Assembly (NCBI GenBank): GCA_963924565.1
Contig: OZ004607.1
Span: 28,582,001-28,646,000, forward strand
Reading direction: 5' to 3'
Length of the DNA: 64,000 nucleotides
From: Ascidiella aspersa
Taxonomy: Eukaryota
Shown here: piece by piece, positions 39,101-50,607 of the stretch
How the letters are laid out: each line of letters starts with the position of its first letter
Position numbering within the stretch: position 1 is the stretch's first letter
Notes under the pieces: model-generated
Told to the model about the DNA's origin: nothing
The model's database searches: none
The model's input: only the letters and a program-made list of their open reading frames with translations
Made by a program: the position numbers and the translations under genes

Positions 39101-41213
39101 TATTTCGCATTTAGGAGCTTGGTAGGAATACTCTATTGACCGTTAAGGCTGTACTGTAGTTTATTATATCACAGTTAACAATACTGCAAAATTTTGAATA
39201 AGCGCTTCGATTTTCGTTATACTACAAGTACAGCACGACAATGATTGTATTGTTTCACTTCTAACACAGCGTACTAAATAAGGCCACCTTGAAGACAGTG
39301 CAGTGCGCTGCAATGCCAATACGAGAACTAGGCACATTGGAATGCGTAAATTGCGCACTCACTCTCTTGCCACTGCAAACTGTCAAATAGGGTTATTAGG
39401 TCACCCTCCTATATACGCAGCAATTACTCATCGCGCTTTTCCGCGCGATTTTGCAAAGCGTAGTGGCGTACGTCCTGCGTGTATGGCCTCGGATTGACGC
39501 TCGTTGTCCATTTTTGCACCGTTGAATAAACAGCGGTGGTTGCACACTATAATGTTTTTCGCTTTTTTTACGGTTTGTGTGGAAAAGCAAGCTGGACATC
39601 GACCTATGCGCGCTTATTTCATTACACCTGCTCTCCACTTCTTTGGAGTTAGATGAATTGTCTAATAACAGTTAATTAATTAGGAAATCTCGCCGGCTGA
39701 TTTGTCTAAAAACCCTTAAAATCTCGCTCTCCTAAATTGTCCGAAACGCGAACATCAACAAAACAAACATATTCGTCCAACAAAAGTAAACTTGATATGT
39801 CTTTTCTATAGTACTTGGGCTCGATGCTGGTCCCGGAATTGAAGGGAGTCGAGTCGACGGTTGAGGCTTGCGCCAAAATGCGGAGGTCCACTGACTCAAT
39901 GAAGAAGATTCCCACAATCATGCTCTCCATCAACTACACGGGAGTCAAGTTCATCGACTCCAAGTCAAAGGTAGTTGGAAAATTTTCTAGTTGTCTAATA
40001 TCGCCAGACCAAAAGCGACTGGGTGGATGTCAAGGTCCTGATAACTCGTTGTGGCACCTTTTATTTGATTTTTACGAGCGAATAGGTGTTTTTTACGACT
40101 ATTTTATATTTCCATCTACATATAATCTTTTAAAGACCATTATTACGATAAGGTTAGCTGTTTAGTTTGGCGTTCGTCGTAGACAGGTTGATCATGTCCA
40201 GCACGGCGAACCTACCCATTTTTGTGTAAATTTTCAACCTAATTTCCAAGCAACAGCCGGTATTGTGCGGTAACATCATTGCATTTTAACGGTTCGGTCA
40301 AGTTTTGCCCATGCTTTTTTGTCATTAGCCGTATGTCTGTAACTGAACTACGACTACAATATTTTACTAGTAATATTGATAATGACATTAAAACACACTA
40401 CGATATTCACATACAACATTTCTTGGGTAGTTGTCTCACGATTTTGTAATCGTTTTTTTCACCAAAATGTTTCCAAACAATTTTCTTCCCGTTTACCTTA
40501 AAAAAATGCTTCCAATTTATATTAATCGATGTCTCCTGTTTGCAGCACGAAATCGCGGAGCACGAGATCTGCAACATCTCGTTCGCGTCGCAGGACTCGG
40601 AGGACCTCGCCACATTCGCCTACATCACCCACGATGTTCGCACCGGGCACCATTACTGCCACGTTTTCCGCGTCACCACCATGGTACGTTTCGAACTTAG
40701 TGATAATGCAGCCAATCGACCTTACTCGTTGTTTCATAGTATTTAGGGCGGTTATAATTCCTAAATTTTAGGCCCTTATAATTTCTAAAGTTTAGGGGGC
40801 TATCAAGTAGTTTTGGATAAGTTTTGGATAAGTTTTTGGCAATGCGCGGCGAAAGTATAGGCCTTCGCGAAATAAATAAAAAAAAATAAAAAAGCGTTAA
40901 AAATATCCACAATTATACAAGTTATTGTAAGTCAGGTTGCATTTAAAAAAATTAAAATGCTTTCGCACAACCATGTCTAAAATCTGGTAACTTCCCAAAT
41001 GCAATTCGTCTTTGCCGAGTGTTTGTAGTTTTGAGATCTAACAAATAATTGCTACCACCAGGTCGAAACCGATAAAAGCAGACGGTTAACAAGTGACTAT
41101 TCCCGCAGGACAAGGCCTACGAAATCATTCTTACCCTCGGCCAGGCCTTCGAGGTCGCCTACCAGCTCATCCTAAAGGACAAGGCGCTCAAGGAGAGCGA
41201 GTCCACCACGTGA
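30175..41213 (+). CDS. ANKS1: ANKS1A/ANKS1B (Odin/AIDA-1)-like adaptor with tandem SAM domains and C-terminal PTB domain; 5' end unresolved, no ankyrin exons seen in window
   Basis: 12 phase-compatible GT-AG exons: 30175-30675, 31114-31308, 31753-31895, 32306-32399, 34526-34629, 34858-35115, 35545-35658, 37874-38539, 38848-39054, 39812-39970, 40546-40683, 41109-41213 (TGA), about 894 codons. Motifs: [16 protein letters not shown]; SAM1 [28 protein letters not shown]; SAM2 [14 protein letters not shown]; [30 protein letters not shown]...[28 protein letters not shown]...HHYCHVF...[16 protein letters not shown], matching the ANKS1 family as I recall it. Confidence 0.93.
31394..31434 (+). ncRNA. 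Hammerhead-like motif (probable solo PLE pLTR remnant) in an ANKS1 intron
   Basis: CUUUGAC-CUGAUGA-A-GCAC-GGUU-GUGC-GAAA-GAUU-GUAGAG: both core boxes, perfect 4-bp stem II, bulged stem I, degenerate stem III. Confidence 0.5.
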
Positions 41214-42418
41214 CGTCATCGCATCGCCAAGTCATCAAAACGCGTTTGACAGTGCCGCGCGCGTAAAGGCAGAACACGAAATGGTAGAGCAGCGAGTAAA
41301 ATTTGCAGCACCGTTTGCCGATGGCTGCGATTTGCCGCTTGCCGTTTTCCCGGTGGTTCCCCGCAACACCAATCTTAGTAGACTCGCAATCATACTCAAG
41401 TTTGACTTTTCCGCGAAGCGACCGTCTGTACTTGCGTCGACAGAACTCTATTTGCAGCACGCCGATTGCGACTTTGTATAGTCGATGAAATCTTGACTGT
41501 GTTTTTTTTTTCAGATGCCTCGCATCCCTTTAACAAATCATGTCGAGATAGTACTTATTCGATCCAATTTTTTCGATATCAGTGATTGTGTCTTGGCGTT
41601 TTGTTTAGAAACACCGTAAAAATCGAGGCCGCACACCCAAACTCAAGTCGACCTGACATCAGCTTATTTTTGTAATATCGACTGATATCAGCTGTCCGCC
41701 GAACAATCATGTAGAATCAATGGCGCCGCGTTGCTTCCCGTTTGAAGTTGCAAAGCATAAAAAAAAACTTCTGTTCCTGTGAGGCCCGCTCTGCTGTGTG
41801 CTTCGTTTTTCTTGCGTCGTTTCTTCGTTGTTTTCCGTCGTCGTCGAATAACTCGCTGTTGTTTGGCTTTCTTCACACTCCCCCTATTTGTTGTTGATTT
41901 TTCGCGCGCAGTCCCCCGTGTTACTTTTTGTTCTTCTTTTTTCCTTTACGAGAGTTTTAACCTTATACCGACGAATACATTCGCTGTGGGCGAGAGTCAG
42001 CATGACGAGCGCGCGTGAAAAGTGAGTTGCTTTTTAAGGCAGTTTTCGTAAGTCTTTTCAATAATTCAGCGCAGGAAGTTTGGCCCATCGTCAATCATGT
42101 GCCGAAGTTTCGATGCAAGTAAATTGACAGAGATATTACACGGAAAGTTCGATACAGGCAATCTTGACACCGTCGTGGCATAGTTTCAGACTACAGTAAT
42201 AAGACCGAAATTAGATTAACATTTAGGATTAAAATAAGACCAAAATAGGTCTAATAATAAATCGTAGTATGGTCAAAATCAGGAATGGGCAAACTTTTCC
42301 ATGTCGCTGGCCAAAACTAACCTCAGAACGCCTCTGCGGGCCGAAATAACTTGCATAGTAAACTTATGAGGCATGAATTTATTTATATTTAAAATAGAAT
42401 CCTCTGGCATATATTTCT

Positions 42419-42467
42419 TTAACCAACGATTCGGCTTACTATCCGGCAAGCCTTCGTCAGGGACTAA
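42419..42467 (-). ncRNA. Minimal type I hammerhead ribozyme motif in the left pLTR (degenerate)
   Basis: Reverse strand reads UUAGUCC-CUGACGA-A-GGCUUGC-CGGAUA-GUAAGCC-GAAU-CGUU-GGUUAA; GAAA core mutated to GAAU. Confidence 0.65.
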
Positions 42468-43096
42468 CACACAAAGCCAACAGGGCGCAGAGTAAAATCA
42501 CACAAAGAAAAAAGGAGATAAAAATGTGCGAGACGCGTTCAAAATATACAGCGATGAAACAACGCACAATTCAGTGGTGATCTTTTAGCACCTGTCGGTA
42601 CGGCTCTGGAAACAAAACGTCCGTTTTGATGTTTATCGTACCCGGCCTTTGGGTTATATATCAGGATTCCCGAAATAGAAGTTTTTGGCATTAGCTCTCT
42701 CTTGCTCATTAAAGATGTTCTAAATACGTTAATCACGCCAGATGCGTTTTGACGATGGCGAAAGTGTCGTCCACATAGCGTTTCCAAAATCTGGGAGGGT
42801 CAAGAAAGGCTACGGGCTGTTCTTTCAGCAACGCCTGTAGAAACTCCGACGAATTACGTACTGTCCACCGTGTATTGCCCACTAAGGGTGATAATATTTG
42901 TGAAACAAGATTAACTAAGTTGTAGGTTTGTGTTCCAACAAAAAGAGAGCGACTACCGAAAACGTCTGTTTCGGGAATCCTGGCATATACACCAAAGGCC
43001 GGATACGATGAGCTGTATATTTTGAACGCGACTCGCACATTTTTATCTCCTTTTTTCTTTGTGTGATTTTACTCTGCGCCCTGTTGGCTTTGTGTG

Positions 43097-43145
43097 TTAG
43101 TCCCTGACGAAGGCTTGCCGGATAGTAAGCCGAAACATTGGTCAA
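43097..43145 (+). ncRNA. Minimal type I hammerhead ribozyme motif in the right pLTR (degenerate)
   Basis: CUGACGA 43104-43110, extra A, stem II GGCUUGC/GUAAGCC, GAAA 43132-43135, then CAUU instead of palindromic CGUU; short imperfect stem I. Confidence 0.7.
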
Positions 43146-45716
43146 AGAAATATATGCCAGAGGAACCTATTATAAATATACTATGCCTGGTAGCAACAGC
43201 ATATTTATTGAGGCATGTATTTAAAAGTACATTGTAAAGGACAGCAACGTTACACAAATGCATTATTATAGATACAATACTACGATCACTGGAGGCTGTA
43301 TAACTATCATATAAACCCGTTTGAATAGGACCTAAACGGCCCGTCCGAATAAGACCTAAATGTTTTACAGAACCTTTTATCAAATCCAAAACCCAACCCT
43401 TATTTGATCACTAACCCTCTTCAAAACTTAACCCCTAACCCGATTTTCTAACTCCACCCCTGGCCACAAAACAGGTACAATCAGCTAGGGTCCAAAGCGC
43501 CGTTCAAACTAGGGTGTCGATACAAAATATGGCCGATACCAGACCCATAACTTTCGATCGTTCCATACTTTCTCCTTAAAGTTTTAGTTAAGTTGCTATT
43601 TAGGCCTTTCAGGTATATTTCCGACGATTTTCGAACTTATTCCGACAGAGTAGTACACCGAAAAGCCATCGCAACTTCCGAGGGGCTAGATCACAGATGT
43701 TATTAAACACATATGTTTGTGTGTGTCTTTCATTTATTTCGACAGAATAAGATTTTGATTCAACCATTTTAGTTCGTATTTCGTCGTGTCTATTACTGCG
43801 CATTTGTCTTTATTGTGTTGGTCGTGATAGCCTACTATTCGCTTTAGTTATTGTTGATTAATAGGAAGAACATAGGTCCTTATTGTGTCTTATTACAGTA
43901 TGATCAATCAGATAGGCTTACAAAAATTATACCGCCATTGCATTCTTACTTTAACAACACATAACGTTTTTCCATCCACAACAGTGTTGATGTTACAAAT
44001 TAATTAGACTGGCGTAACCTAAATGTTCGCTTTTTAAGGTTTAAGTTTTCAAGCCTTTCAATGTCCTCTTAACTTTCGAAGCCAAGTTGGAATATCGATT
44101 GTTTTTTGTAAAAGTGAGACCTAGAGTTTTCGTCCACTACTGTTTTAATACGTTTAAAAATACCTAGAACTCATTTAAATCTGAAATAAAATGCCATATT
44201 CTATTTGCGACTATTATTATTTTACCATTAATTAAACTGGACGTGGTGTATAGCTTTTTAATACTAAGTGATCAATTAAAAACATTGTTGTAAAACATGC
44301 TTTCCATTTATTTACTTGTTTGTATGTGCAATTATCCAAGTAAAATGTATTTTTATCCATTAACCCTAAAAATATTTTTTTGTCACTCACTAGCACACCA
44401 AGAGGTTGTTACGATATCGTGTTGGCACGTCATGCTTGATTTAGCATGAAATGAAACCGTAAAAAGTTAAGTAGTTATGTCTGGTTGAACGGGTAGTAAT
44501 ATCTTAAGGTATTTTTTAATATTTCGTCAAAAAATCTAAAATACACAACAATAGGCGTATTAAATATATTTTATTCAACCATAAAACAATCAAATAGGTG
44601 CGTTAATTTTACAAGATACATAAAAATACATGCTACGCCTGAATAATTATTTTTACTAAACTACCCTAAGTTATTACGTTTTATACTATACCGGCTGATG
44701 TGGCACTGGCTTTGAATTTTAGTGAATATTTTTTATGACTTTAAAATATGTCCCTTTGCGATAATTTTAGTTATCTCAGTATAAAACTGGTCTTCAAGTT
44801 TTTCGAAATATGTAAATATTATATGCGGAAAATACATTCCACAGTGACGAAGTTAATGTACTGTTTTTGTCGAACAAAAAATATTGAAAATCAAACAGGA
44901 CAGTATATACGTTTTAGTTCACAGTTGACAGTATCATAAATAGGATACTTTTATATTCGAGAAAATTGTTTGTTATTTTAGCTCATGACAAAAGTAGGCA
45001 ATATCGAGAATATTGCATCTCAAATGCTACAGTAATGTTATTTATGTATACCTTTTGTGGGTAAGATTGTTTTTGAAGCCTAGATAATCATAATGAAAAT
45101 GATTAAAAAGTACTGTGGTATCACATTGTGGTGTGGTGTGTTACTGTTGAATGTAGCATTTCAGACCGTCTAACGCTGTTTTAGTGTTGCTTGTTCATAA
45201 TTAATAAGTAAAACAATAGTTTTAAAGCTATATCTAACACTTTACTTATCAATATATATGTCAGGTTGGAAAATTTGGCTGTGGCACACTCAGCCGCACA
45301 CTTTGTAGAAAATCACCAAGAATTTTAGATAGCATCGCAAACTTTAGTAGACAGCAAATACAAAAAAAGTATGAAAGATCTTGACGAGATTTCCCTTGTC
45401 CACCCACTAACAATTAGTGTGACTAAGTGCTTCAAAGTCAAAACTGCATCCGCTAGTTGGGTAAATAATTTGTCGTACAGGTTAGATCTGTTAAATAAAA
45501 CACTTGCATGTATACTTGGCCATAATTTTAACATTTTTTTATAGGATTTGTTTTGCAACACTAGGATATTTCTATGCTATTTAGTAAAGATTTTATATAT
45601 ATTTAATTACATTACAGTTTATATAAAAATGTCTTACTAAATCTATATATTTGTTCCATTTAGGAAGCACTATCCCTAATTGTTGTAGCATTTTGAATTG
45701 TTTTTTAATTAAAATT

Positions 45717-47004
45717 ATGAAGCACTGTTTTATTGCCCTTTTTGCTCTTTTATCATTTTGTGGATCAGTTTATTCTGAAGAAGGAGCAGCCAAAATTATT
45801 CTCATTAAAGATGTTCTAAATACGTTAATCACGGAAGGCAATGACTTGGTTGTTAAATACTCATTGTTCAACATTGGCGATGGGTAAGTTGTTCAAATTA
45901 CAGTAAAACTGTAAGCAAAAAAAGCCTATAGTTATTTTCAGTATAAAGTAATATCTTAAAATTTTCATGTTAGTAGGTAATAAATATTGAAACCAAAGCT
46001 TTACTTAAGCTTATGGTCAATTTCATGCGACATCAATTTGTAAACTTTTTTATCAACAGAACTGCTACTGATGTCCAGTTGGCAGACTCTTCTTTCCATG
46101 ACAGCGACTTTGAGCTGATCTCTGGTATGGTGAATGTAAAATGGGAGAGAATTCTTCCTGGTACTAATGTCTCGCATGTGGTGATTGTTCAGCCACTCAA
46201 ATCTGGGGCTTTCAACTTCACCTCGGCTGTGGTTCAATATGTTGCTGCTGAGGGTGATGAATCTACTGTAAGTGTGACTTAAGTGTTTTCTTCCTTAAAA
46301 TTGTTCTTGTGTTGTGAGCATTGCTATACACACTGTTTCATTGGTACTGTTATACTGTTTCATATATTAGTGTTTTTTGTAGTGTTTTGGCCTTAATTTG
46401 CATTACAGCTAAGTATAACATGTTGTTACTTGATTGCAGTTTGGCATGAGCAATGATCTTGGGGAGCTGGATATTTTATCTCAAAAAGAGTACAAGCGGC
46501 TTCATGCTTCACATATGGTAAATTGAAAAATGTCAATTGCTGTGTTAAAATCTTTGTTTAAAAATATGTTCTGTGCCATGATGATTTGAAATAACTGCGG
46601 TCTTGTGTTTTAAAAAGCAACCAATTTTCCACCTTTAGATACAAATATAGATTTTGTGAGAAACACATCTCCCCGCCTTTATCCCTTGTTTTTAAAGGAG
46701 TTTTGTTGGTTGACATGATTTAAAGGCTGTACATACATTCATCGAAAATCTAACCTCTTAACAAAGTTGCAAAAACTTCGGTCTATGTCAGAAATTTTGT
46801 TGCTGAAGCATGTTTGCTTTCCAACCGTTTAATTGCACCCACAATGCTACATCTTTATCGTAGCCCTATACGATTTTCCTCCTTTGTATTTTGCAGATTG
46901 AATGGGGCCTGTTTGCAGTCTGGTGCATTCCCTCTATAGCCCTGCCCTACCTGCTTTTCTACAAGAGCAAGAGCAAATATGGAACAAAAGCAAAGAAGAA
47001 CTAA
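45717..47004 (+). CDS. SSR2: Translocon-associated protein subunit beta (signal sequence receptor beta), 186 aa
   Basis: Exons 45717-45883, 46060-46267, 46440-46517, 46897-47004 (TAA). Signal peptide MKHCFIALFALLSFCGSVYS; motifs DLVVKYSLFNIG, WERILPGTNVSHVVIVQP, FNFTSAVVQY; C-terminal TM and basic tail KSKSKYGTKAKKN. AATAAA at 47322. Confidence 0.95.
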
Positions 47005-47865
47005 ACGCGTCGCCTATAAGTAATGAAAGCAGCAACAGCATCGTAACCGGCCGGTCTTCCATAGATCTGTTGGTCCTTTGTGCCGCTGCAACATTCCCTT
47101 TTCCTTGTTTTAGTGTTTTTCCAAATTTGGACGCGCGCGCACCCTTCTGCAACCAATCGCGATTGCCTTAAAATCACCTTAAATTGTGCAATGACGGCGT
47201 GAAGGTTCCGCCAGTGATTACTATTTGATACACTCGCGACTCGCTTTCTTTTTTCGGTTGTCGGTTGAATGAAGTTTCTCTCCTATTTTTAGGGCCAACG
47301 AAGCAGTTGTTGCATTGTTATAATAAAACGTGGTGATGGTTTGATCTATTTTGGAAATGTGTTATCATTTTTTTGTACGCACTTTAGTGTTGATAGTTCT
47401 GTTAAAAGGCCTGCAAAGAGTTTGATTATGGTTTCTTTAAACTATGTTTAAACAGTTCGTTCATGGTACTCTACCCAAAACCAATGTTTGTTACATTCGT
47501 AAAAGAACTTTAATATCTTCTGTAAGGTCACCTACCGAAGGCAAACTAGTTGTCGTCGTGAAGCTGTTACGACAATTATCTTGTGTGATTAAATATGTTA
47601 AGTCCGGTAAATTACCTAACTAAACACTGAACTGTTCGCACATCTACATGCCTTCAAATAATGAAATCCCCTTAAAACGTAAAAAAGTAACATATGGTTA
47701 TTTTTGGTGAGCAGCTATTTTGTTCTATTGTAAAGCGCTTACCAATGTAACAACACATAAGGCGACACACTGCGTTTATTTCTATACCTTTAAAAGCTAA
47801 AAAAAATTACGAACGCTACAACTTTCCATTAGTTTCTCAAAGGTCATGAACTTCTTGCTGTTAGG

Positions 47866-50607
47866 CTATATCCTGATGTGGAAGGTACTGAAAAAACAGA
47901 AATGTTGTTAACGAGAAAAAAGACCGATAAAAATGTAAAACAATGAAATAAATGCATAATGGAACACCCGGATTCTGATAAAAAATCAAGAGACGCCTAA
48001 GAAAATTTTCAAGAAACAATAAGTGTAAATTTTGCCTCAAATTATTAAAAGGCATCCTTAACATTGTTAAAAACGTGGGGAAATTAATGAAAAAAAGCTG
48101 GTATCCAGTAAAAAATGTACAGAAAGGTCGTACTCGTAGCATATGAATTAAATTGAAAAAAACCTAGATATCGACAACTTGAATTATTTATAACGCAGAT
48201 AAACACTATGTGTATTTATCCAAAACTCATATGTTAAATATATGAAGCCTGAGACCACCGACTTAATATATGTTTGCCCGGATAAGACTGTCGGCGGAAC
48301 GCATTCTCAAACACTAGCTACATTTGCCTCAACTGAAATGCTGGCATATTCAAGTCCGTTCTCAAAATATTACCTAAAATTAGCGTAACCTATAAACATA
48401 TCCTAAAACTACCCGACAGAGTATTCGTGCCACGGGCCTAAAATTAAAGCCTGTCGCGAGTTACATATTTTCGCTTTACGCCCGGGCTTGGGCCGCATGT
48501 TGCACACCCCTGTTGTACACGATGGCTCTTGTCTTATTTGCCCAAGCACAAGATCTCATACCTCAGGAAATCCGGCGCCCTAGACATGACGTGTTCGAAT
48601 TCCATGAACGATATTTGCATGTCGTCATCCATTTCTGCTTCCTCTAATACCTAAAAACATTTTGTTTCACTGCTGAATAACAATCAGTTTTTGTCATAAA
48701 GAAAGATGCTGTAGCCTGTGAGGTGTGTAGAATGCACACGTCAGAAATTTGGAAAACAGTGACAAGATTACATTCCACTTTAGGAAACAAATTTGAATGT
48801 TCTGCATTTGCCTATTGTTTGCAGTTAATACGTACGTACTGAAATTTTTCATAAAAAATAGTTTTGTCTAGGGGTAAAACGATGTGAAATAGAGTGACAA
48901 CAAAACTTAGCCGTTTTAAAGTTATCATCTATACACGTTACCAAACGATGAAAACGCAAGGCAAGGTTAAAAATGGAGATTGGTTGCATTTCGATTTTTG
49001 CGCTAGAAATGTAGCCGTTTGCGCTAACAGCTAATCTCGAGACCTTGTTGACGACCAGACTCAGTTCGTCGTTTGTCAGCTTCTGCCTTGTGAGACGTTG
49101 TAAGGTCCATTCCAGGTCGTCAACGCTGATTTGCTGGTCGTCGTCGGCGTCTAAATGGCGAAAATAGCGTTTTTTGTATGCTTTATCGTATGTTAAAATA
49201 TACAAACCTTACATTAGGTATAGGTAAAGGATTTTTATTCAAATGGCATGACTTTGATTAATTTTATCCGAGACATGTAAAGAAAAGTTAATCGATTAAA
49301 AAACGTTTTTATGCTGGTTAATTTGCAAGTTAGGGGGAAGATCGCGTTCCCGAGTTAGGCGACATGTGACACGCAACATAGCACACGTGTTTTATGCGAA
49401 CTTTTAGCTTGGTTTTAGGCGTTACACTTTTAGAAACCGTTCTGGTCTTATAGTAGAATGTCGAAAATTTCTTCAAATCTCAAAGCTTTCGTTAAACATG
49501 CTGTCAATAAAACAAATGTTTTCCTAATATTTTAGGCAACGTATTAGCTTTCGTAGTGCCGACTCATTATAACAATATAATCCTTCCGTACCGTATATTT
49601 TGAAGGCGTAAAATGCCTTAACTTCGCGAGAAGCGTGGTCGCTGAGCACACTAAACATGTTTAGAAAGTTCTCGAAGTTCATCAGTCCGCTGCTGTTTCC
49701 AGCAAACACCTGGATCACTCTATCGGCAAATGGGTTGTCCTGCAACAAGCCATATTCTTACAGTGAGAAGACTATGGTAAAACAATTGCCGGTTGATGGA
49801 TGTTTCGTGCTAAAAACTAAGGGGCACTGTTCAACATTCAATGTAATCTAAGTGTAAGCTGAGGGCTTAACAAAAATTATTGGAAAATGAAAAAAATTCC
49901 TTTGTCAAGCCTAAGTAATAGATTAAATATGACGAATCGTTGCCTCACCTTAAACTCTGGCATTTGCTCGATTAGCCTTGACGGCAGAAGAAGCTCTCTG
50001 CATTGCGAGTCCGACATAAGCTTGGGAATCAGTTCAGGGTTTAGTTGTCGAAAACGCTTAAAGAGGCTAAAAAGCAAAGAAGTTTAGATGTCAAGTTTGC
50101 AAGTTTTTGTATCACTTTAAGCTACGGCGTATAAGCTTAAGTAGCCTAATGGAAGTATGGCGTCAAAATATGAAAAATGGCTCCCCAAAATTATCGATTT
50201 TTTATATTTCTGTTGGTATTATCAAACTATATTAGATAAAAAAGGCTAGGCTTTTTATTGTAAGAATAAGATAAGTTAGTGGTTCTGGTCAATAGCATGC
50301 ACTTGAGTGCAACTTTTAGTAGCCTACTATCCAAGAACAGTTTAGTAAGAATCCCGACGAGACTACAGCACTGAATAAAAATATTTAATGAAAAGACTCA
50401 CCCTAAAATTTCATTCGCGGTGAAATACGTACAATCCTGTAAAACAAATTTACATTTAAACTAGACTAGACGTTCTGCTTGACCACTATAACCTACTGTT
50501 AATGATATCCACGTATTTTTTAAGAATAAAGAATGACTGTAAAAGAACTGTATTACCTGGTAACAGTCTAGTTGCTCTTGGGTAAAGACGGCTTGCTTGT
50601 TGCCCAT
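47866..50607 (-). CDS. CIB3: Calcium- and integrin-binding protein, CIB2/CIB3-like, 189 aa
   Basis: Exons (-): 50607-50557, 50436-50402, 50066-49949, 49739-49592, 49150-49044, 48650-48562, 47887-47866. Starts [22 protein letters not shown]; contains MPEFKDNPFADR and KAFYAFKIYD; ends RAPDFLSTFHIRI*. Poly(A) signal on - at 47775-47780. Probably a CIB2/CIB3 co-orthologue, so the symbol is approximate. Confidence 0.93.

Larger units (their letters stand above)
42384..43180 (-). mobile_element. Rearranged Penelope-like retroelement relic: internally deleted RT fragment flanked by inverted pLTRs
   Basis: Minus-strand peptide TYNLVNLVSQILSPLVGNTRWTVRNSSEFL...PPRFWKRYVDDTF (PLE-type RT with YVDD); ESDYRKRLFRESWHIHQRPDTM on + at about 42945-43010 resembles the C-terminus of the PLE GIY-YIG endonuclease; long inverted arms 42384-42552/43012-43180 and 42635-42703/42941-43009. 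Confidence 0.85.
42194..43898. mobile_element. Older TA-flanked DNA-transposon-like repeat hosting the nested insertions
   Basis: Begins TA|CAGTAATAAGAC and ends GTCTTATTACAG|TA (imperfect TIR); CAGTAATAAGACCGAAA recurs inverted at 55143-55159, and 43320-43450 resembles the reverse complement of about 54950-55060. Confidence 0.45.

Noticed and set aside
41490-41620. Strong acceptor (T-tract CAG at 41514) followed by ATG in the ANKS1 3' region
   Set aside because: No convincing partner donor, and the short peptide is unrecognisable; cannot be supported without transcripts.
43410-43445. TAACCC telomere-like hexamers
   Set aside because: Only a few degenerate units inside a dispersed repeat; not a telomeric array.
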